A stretch of DNA of 63,992 bases, counting the filler, from Stramenopiles sp. TOSAG23-2 (Eukaryota): assembly GCA_900128395.1 (NCBI GenBank). It is 5 parts of 5 records of this genome, joined end to end, with 100 filler letters (N's around TTAATTAATTAA, not from the genome) between each part and the next. Parts side by side here need not be neighbours in the genome. Positions count along the whole stretch, not along the records: positions 51,598 to 63,992 come from LT649858.1; 4 more parts are not named here. One strand, written 5' to 3'. A program made the translations under genes and the position numbers. Positions 58,597 to 63,992 of the stretch are shown piece after piece; position 1 is the first letter of the stretch, and every line of letters begins with the position of its first letter. The notes under the pieces were generated by a model. It was not told the origin of the DNA. It saw only the letters and a list, made by a program, of their open reading frames with translations, and searched no databases.

Positions 58597-60000
58597 TCAC
58601 CTACTCGTACCTGGAGTACTATTTCTACTTGCTAAATATCTAGATAAATATGAATCTGATGAAGAAGCAGATTCTGTTCTAATATCTTTTTCCATTCTTC
58701 CTTCTCTTGTATAGTTGATGTTTTTAGGATGATTCCGCTTTTTCCTATTTTCTACCCTTGTATAATTTGAATCAGGAATTATATCAATTGCTTTGCCGCC
58801 TCGAGTCCATTTTTTTAAACGCCTATGTTGATGTACGACTGGCGAAGACTTATTTTTGTGAAAATGACGCATTGGGGATATATTGACCGGTGGTTGTGCA
58901 GGAGAGAGATGGTGATTGTTTGCCGTGGTATGTTCATGGTTATGATAACGATGGCGATGGACTTTTTGCCTAGATGTTTCAAGTATAGTGAATTTTTGAT
59001 CAAACGAATCTATATCGCTATCACTACTATCTATACTATCTATACGATTTCTATAATAAGGCGTTGAAGGCTGCATCTGTTTTGATTTACTTTGATGATG
59101 GTGTAAAGGTGGCAAATCAAAAGACATTTGTAAATGATCGTGATTATTATTACCGCTACGACTTTCATTACCGCTAATACTTTCTGGACTTCTAGTAGCT
59201 GCAAATTTGTTTTTGTGATATGGACTGTTACTGTTATTGTTTTGACTGCTAGTATTGTTCTGATCGTGGCCAAATTGATACCCCATAATGGGTTCTGGAT
59301 CATTTTTATGCTGAAAGAAATTCGTTTGATGATAATTATGTTTTATTTTGTTGCTTCCATTTCCATTGGATAATTTGTTGTTTCCATCATAATTATTTAA
59401 GCTAAACATATTCTGTGCAGGTATATGTTTTCTTCCAAAATTCTTTCTTACGCTATTATTAGTGTCCACGCCAATACCAATGGCCTTTAATTCTCTCTGA
59501 ACAGCTATATCTCCTTGCCATATAGGATGATCTTCAAATAGGCTTGAACCGGTATTTAACTCATACCCATGGCTTTGTAAAACTTTTAACCTGGTCAAAT
59601 ACCCCCTAATTAAACTCTGGATGGTAATAGAGGCTTCAACGCCTTTCAAATATAAAAAAAACCTAGTAACATTACGTTTTTCATTCACCGACTTCATATC
59701 CTTCTCATATATATTTTTCTTACATTTTAAAGTAGTACCATCCAACAGCCTAACATCTTCATTTGTAGGCCTTTCCCACAGAGCCTCCTTGGTAATTACG
59801 TTATGGAAAAAAGTATTACGACCATCCTCACTTTCTACTTCTACCCAATCTGGTTTTGACTCTTTTCCAGCGCTATTATAATCGTTATTAACATAATTCT
59901 TAGTGCCAAGTTGTTGTTTTTTTGCTGACCAAAACCGTTTGAAAGCATTCGAAATTTGACCTTCATACATTGCAGAATGTGTATATCCTATATTTGACAT
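58597..60000 (-). CDS. WW-domain + IQ-motif protein with disordered C-terminus
   Basis: WVEVESEDGRNTFFHNVITKEALWERP (WW); IQSLIRGYLTR (IQ). Confidence 0.8.
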   Translation of the reverse strand: MSNIGYTHSAMYEGQISNAFKRFWSAKKQQLGTKNYVNNDYNSAGKESKPDWVEVESEDGRNTFFHNVITKEALWERPTNEDVRLLDGTTLKCKKNIYEKDMKSVNEKRNVTRFFLYLKGVEASITIQSLIRGYLTRLKVLQSHGYELNTGSSLFEDHPIWQGDIAVQRELKAIGIGVDTNNSVRKNFGRKHIPAQNMFSLNNYDGNNKLSNGNGSNKIKHNYHQTNFFQHKNDPEPIMGYQFGHDQNNTSSQNNNSNSPYHKNKFAATRSPESISGNESRSGNNNHDHLQMSFDLPPLHHHQSKSKQMQPSTPYYRNRIDSIDSSDSDIDSFDQKFTILETSRQKVHRHRYHNHEHTTANNHHLSPAQPPVNISPMRHFHKNKSSPVVHQHRRLKKWTRGGKAIDIIPDSNYTRVENRKKRNHPKNINYTREGRMEKDIRTESASSSDSYLSRYLASRNSTPGTSR

Positions 60001-60473
60001 GATTAAATTCTGTTTCTAGTCGATGATAATGATTCTTGTTCAAAATTTTCTCTATCATCAACGTTTCGTTTACTTTTTCAATATACCTATAGTACTATAT
60101 ATATACCAGTAGTAGTAAATATAGTATTTTATTTAGTAATTCTTCCTCCATATATATAATACCTCCTGTACGTAAAAAAGGCTGCTGTGCTGCTGGTGTG
60201 TTCATGTTATTTTTTGGAGCGTGAAAGTAAAACTGAAGCAAAAAACAACAATAATAAAAAAAAAAAAAAATGCGAAACGTCGTGCAAACCAGCAAACTGG
60301 CAAACCAGCAAAGCACCAAACAGATAAAAAAAAATAATAAAATAAACTCCCTATCAAAATTTAATAAGAATACAAAAACGTATATAAAAAATTAAATAAA
60401 AATGATGTGCCCAACACTAATAAAAGGCCACAGGAATACAAACTGGTGCCAAACTGCGAAGTTAAACATAAAA

Positions 60474-61169
60474 TTATGAAATTGAACAGCCACCATTATT
60501 AGTGCCAGTTTTCACTTTAGCTTGACGATATTCCGTCTTATCGTGTCTTTGATAATCAACAATAGCTGCTTTTACTGGTTTCACTGTTACATCAACTTCA
60601 CCCTTTGCAAGTACAATCCCTGCTAAATCAGCTGCAATCCTAAATAAACTACTACTAACCATATCACCAGTCTTTGCTGACATAAAATAGGAATACATAT
60701 CATTTTCCTCAACAAAACCATTATGTTTATCCCTGCTAACAGCACGTGCATGGCTCATATCTGTTTTGTTCCCTACTAATGCAACGTATGGCAATTTTGA
60801 TTTTTCAAATGTTTTTCTTACAAGACGATACCAATCTTCCAAATTTTGAAAACTTTCCCTGGACGTAATATCATAACACAATAAAACAGCATGTGCACCA
60901 TAAATATAATTTTTAATCATTTTACCACCGATAGATTGACCTCCTATATCCCACACTTGCATTGCCACATCGACTTCACCAGGCAAAACGATCCGCTTCA
61001 TGAAAAAATCCAATCCTATTGTTTGCTTATATTGTTGGGCAAAATGATCATTACAAAAACGCATTGCGATAGATGTTTTACCTACAGCACCATCACCTAA
61101 TAATATAACTTTGAATTGATGTTGGTCACTATTATCTTCCTCGTCTGAGGATGAATCATTATTAGACAT
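60474..61169 (-). CDS. RAB28: Rab28 small GTPase
   Basis: GDGAVGKTS, YKQTIGLDFF, WDIGGQSIGGKMI (Rab28-diagnostic), NKTD, SAKTG, CaaX CSIS. Confidence 0.93.
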   Translation of the reverse strand: MSNNDSSSDEEDNSDQHQFKVILLGDGAVGKTSIAMRFCNDHFAQQYKQTIGLDFFMKRIVLPGEVDVAMQVWDIGGQSIGGKMIKNYIYGAHAVLLCYDITSRESFQNLEDWYRLVRKTFEKSKLPYVALVGNKTDMSHARAVSRDKHNGFVEENDMYSYFMSAKTGDMVSSSLFRIAADLAGIVLAKGEVDVTVKPVKAAIVDYQRHDKTEYRQAKVKTGTNNGGCSIS

Positions 61170-61936
61170 GGTATATTATTTGTATCGTTATTATTTTATC
61201 TTTCAAAATTAATGCCAAAAATCAATGATAGTTATATTTATGTATATATAAGTAATATATTTCCACAAGCTAATATGATAAAAATCAATGTTCCTATGTG
61301 TATATTAATGAATATATTGGTATTTTAATTACATATACAATAGCTGTTATTATGCCAGCAATATGAGCAGAGGAGGAGAGAGAGAGGAGAAGAAAAAAAA
61401 AACGATCGATCGACGATAGACGCGATGATGTTTTTTCGAGCTATTAGCAGGCCCAGCAGGCCTTAGCATGGGGAGCTAAAAGCTTACCTGAAGTAATGCT
61501 ATCCAGCTGTTAATATTTTAACCTACAGTATATATATAATATCGGAAACACGGCATATTATAAAAAAAACTTATGATGATACATTTAAATGAAATATTTT
61601 AATATTTATAATGTGTACGTTTTCGTATGTGGATTATTTTACCGAGAGAAGTTTGTGTACGTATACATATTTTAAATATTTTTATATATATATTATTTTT
61701 TCATATATATGTATGATGTGTGTATATATTATATTTCCTAAAAAATCGTACTCCTTCCTTGCACTTTTATATTTTCTGCTTTGTGGGCTTTTTTTTTTTT
61801 TTATCTTTCTTCATTAAATTGTTCACTTGTAAAAAAAAAAAGTTTTTTTTATTTTTTAATTTTTCCTGTCTCTCTTTTGTACGAGTGTATATCGTCCCTA
61901 TAGTTCTTATTACTATATAATGTAGTTTCGATCTTA

Positions 61937-63535
61937 TTACATATTTTTTGGCGTATTGCTATCTATATGTCTTGGGCTTGTCTCTTTCTCTGGTAAATTC
62001 CATGATGTTTTCTTCGTTTCTACATTATAATAATAACGGCGTCTATTGTTACTACTACTACTGTCATTTTTGTTACTACCACTTTTAATTTCTTTTAAAA
62101 ATGGAACCCAATGATCTGTCCAAGTGGTTTCATTTGTCCTACTATTCCAATAACAAACAGGATCACCTTTCACACGTTGTGTCAATACCCATTCGTTACA
62201 TTCTTTACTTGATGGCGGAGATGGTGGTGGTTGCCTATCCCTTTCATCTTCTTTTTGCTTATTACCAGCACCACTAGTATCAATCAATCTTGAATCTAAT
62301 GTGGAAGGACGACGACGATGACGTTTTAATGATGATGAAAACGAACTGGAACTGCTAGAATTTAATGATTTGCTACTGCTACTACTGCTACTTCTACTTT
62401 TTACTGAAAGTGATTTTGATGATGAATTCAATTTCGATAACGTACGTTTGTCTAATGTTGCCATTAATGATTGTGCATCCTCTGGTGAATGCAATTCAAA
62501 TGCTTCATATGCCCGTTTAGCTATTTCCCTCGCAGACGGACTAGGATCATTCAAACCAATTGTAATACCATTATTAATATTTTTTGTATTATGCAACCAA
62601 TTCGTTGGACTCCAAGCTTCTAAACATATACATAAACACGTCAACGCTTTTTCCCGCACTACTTTTGATCTCGACTTGCATAAAGATACGAACAAATTGA
62701 TTGATTTTTTACTTTGTGTATGTTTCACAATTTCAATCGCACATTCACTACAATAACCAGCAATAACTTTATTTCCACCTCCAGTTATCATTAATAATAC
62801 TTTAGTAACGGCCGGGGCAATGGTTGAAAATTTATCTTGCAAATTTTTCGCACACAATGTCAACAAATTGCATGTTTCGCGCACAATTGCGGATCGTAAG
62901 TCTCTACATTGTGCAATAAGTGGATTCAATAACATGACTAACGAAGCCGAGATGGCATCATGTTTATTCACATCTTTAACTTCATTTTGTAAAAATTCGA
63001 TGGCACCTAACCGTAATTTCCATGAATATGATTTTGAATCAGTTAAACGCGTTGCAGCCTCTTTGATGGTATCAGGATATGATTTATTCTTCTTGCTATT
63101 GTTCGTATTGCTGCCGACACTTCCAGCTTTTCTAGGAACAGCACCAACAGCACCTTTATCGAATAGTGTCCTCTTTTTGTATTGTTGTTTTCCAGCCGTT
63201 GCTCCCGAAGTTGTTGTTCTGTTATTATTTTCATCCACAACATCATAATTATACTTTTCCCCATATGATTTTGGTCTTCTACTATCTAAATTCATGCGCT
63301 CAACACGCTTATCTAACGAATCTATTTCTTCTTTTTCACCGCTTATGTCTCTTCCTTCTTTATTTTTCATTATCTTTCTGCTATTGTTCTTGTCATTATT
63401 GTTGTTGCTGCTGTTATTGGTGGTGGTAGCATAACTACTACTAAAACTGCTGCTACTGTTATTATTTTCAAATGATGGTGCTCTTAACTCTGGTGGGATG
63501 TATCGCGAGGATCTACCGATTGGTCGATCATCCAT
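61937..63535 (-). CDS. CLASP-N (TOG/HEAT) domain protein with C-terminal WW domains
   Basis: WKLRLGAI, DLRSAIVRETC, GGNKVIA, GLNDPSPSAREIAK; WW-like YWNSRTNETTW and YYYNVETKKTSWNLP. Confidence 0.82.
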   Translation of the reverse strand: MDDRPIGRSSRYIPPELRAPSFENNNSSSSFSSSYATTTNNSSNNNNDKNNSRKIMKNKEGRDISGEKEEIDSLDKRVERMNLDSRRPKSYGEKYNYDVVDENNNRTTTSGATAGKQQYKKRTLFDKGAVGAVPRKAGSVGSNTNNSKKNKSYPDTIKEAATRLTDSKSYSWKLRLGAIEFLQNEVKDVNKHDAISASLVMLLNPLIAQCRDLRSAIVRETCNLLTLCAKNLQDKFSTIAPAVTKVLLMITGGGNKVIAGYCSECAIEIVKHTQSKKSINLFVSLCKSRSKVVREKALTCLCICLEAWSPTNWLHNTKNINNGITIGLNDPSPSAREIAKRAYEAFELHSPEDAQSLMATLDKRTLSKLNSSSKSLSVKSRSSSSSSSKSLNSSSSSSFSSSLKRHRRRPSTLDSRLIDTSGAGNKQKEDERDRQPPPSPPSSKECNEWVLTQRVKGDPVCYWNSRTNETTWTDHWVPFLKEIKSGSNKNDSSSSNNRRRYYYNVETKKTSWNLPEKETSPRHIDSNTPKNM

Positions 63536-63992
63536 GATGAATTATCTTGTTCGTTTCAATGGTATAACTAACGTTGTAATACAAAACTCAATTGTAAATT
63601 TGTTTTTCTTTTCAATTCTGGTGTATAATCAGTTTAATACAATAATCGTCGGTATACATAATATGAAAATCGAATTCATATTAAAAGCTATAATCAACAA
63701 TAATCAAACAACAACAACTGTTATTTTTAATAATAGAAAATAAAAGATGATGAAATATAATAAATAATGATATTTCCATGTTAAGCCGATATTGAAAATC
63801 AAAAGCTTTTCGTATTAGATTGGTACTACCTTAATATAACCTCGGATTGTTATATTGCATTTCAAAATGACGAGAGTAATTTAAGTACTTATTTAGTATA
63901 CTACAGTAATTTATGCATATTTTAATTTGACAGAGGTATTGATTTAAAGCCCGTTCATAACCATAGTCCTGTGTGTTAAATGTGTGTTAAAT

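Overview
AT-rich, gene-dense, intron-poor eukaryotic DNA read with the standard genetic code. It is not prokaryotic: it carries GT/GC-AG spliceosomal introns, Rab28, tepsin, a kinesin-like gene, a CLASP-like gene, a mitochondrial carrier and PTS1 signals. Ciliary-type genes (Rab28, polycystin-like channel, FAM221) suggest a flagellated protist; a stramenopile is plausible but not provable here. The window is five contigs joined by four identical artificial 100-nt spacers (44 N + TTAATTAATTAA + 44 N). It also shows marks typical of amplified single-cell or gap-closed assemblies: exact ~57-150 bp duplications and contig-end inversions. About 27 protein-coding genes are supported. The most notable signal is a family of ~82-nt spliceosomal introns that are alike along their whole length yet sit at unrelated positions in different genes (introner-like, one with a GC donor). 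Other highlights: five lipid/acyl-CoA enzymes with PTS1-like C-termini including two head-to-head pairs, an ankyrin + polycystin-2-like channel, a kinesin with degenerate switch motifs, MITE-like elements and an unnamed dispersed 3'-flank repeat. All family assignments are from motif recognition by eye; no database search was run.
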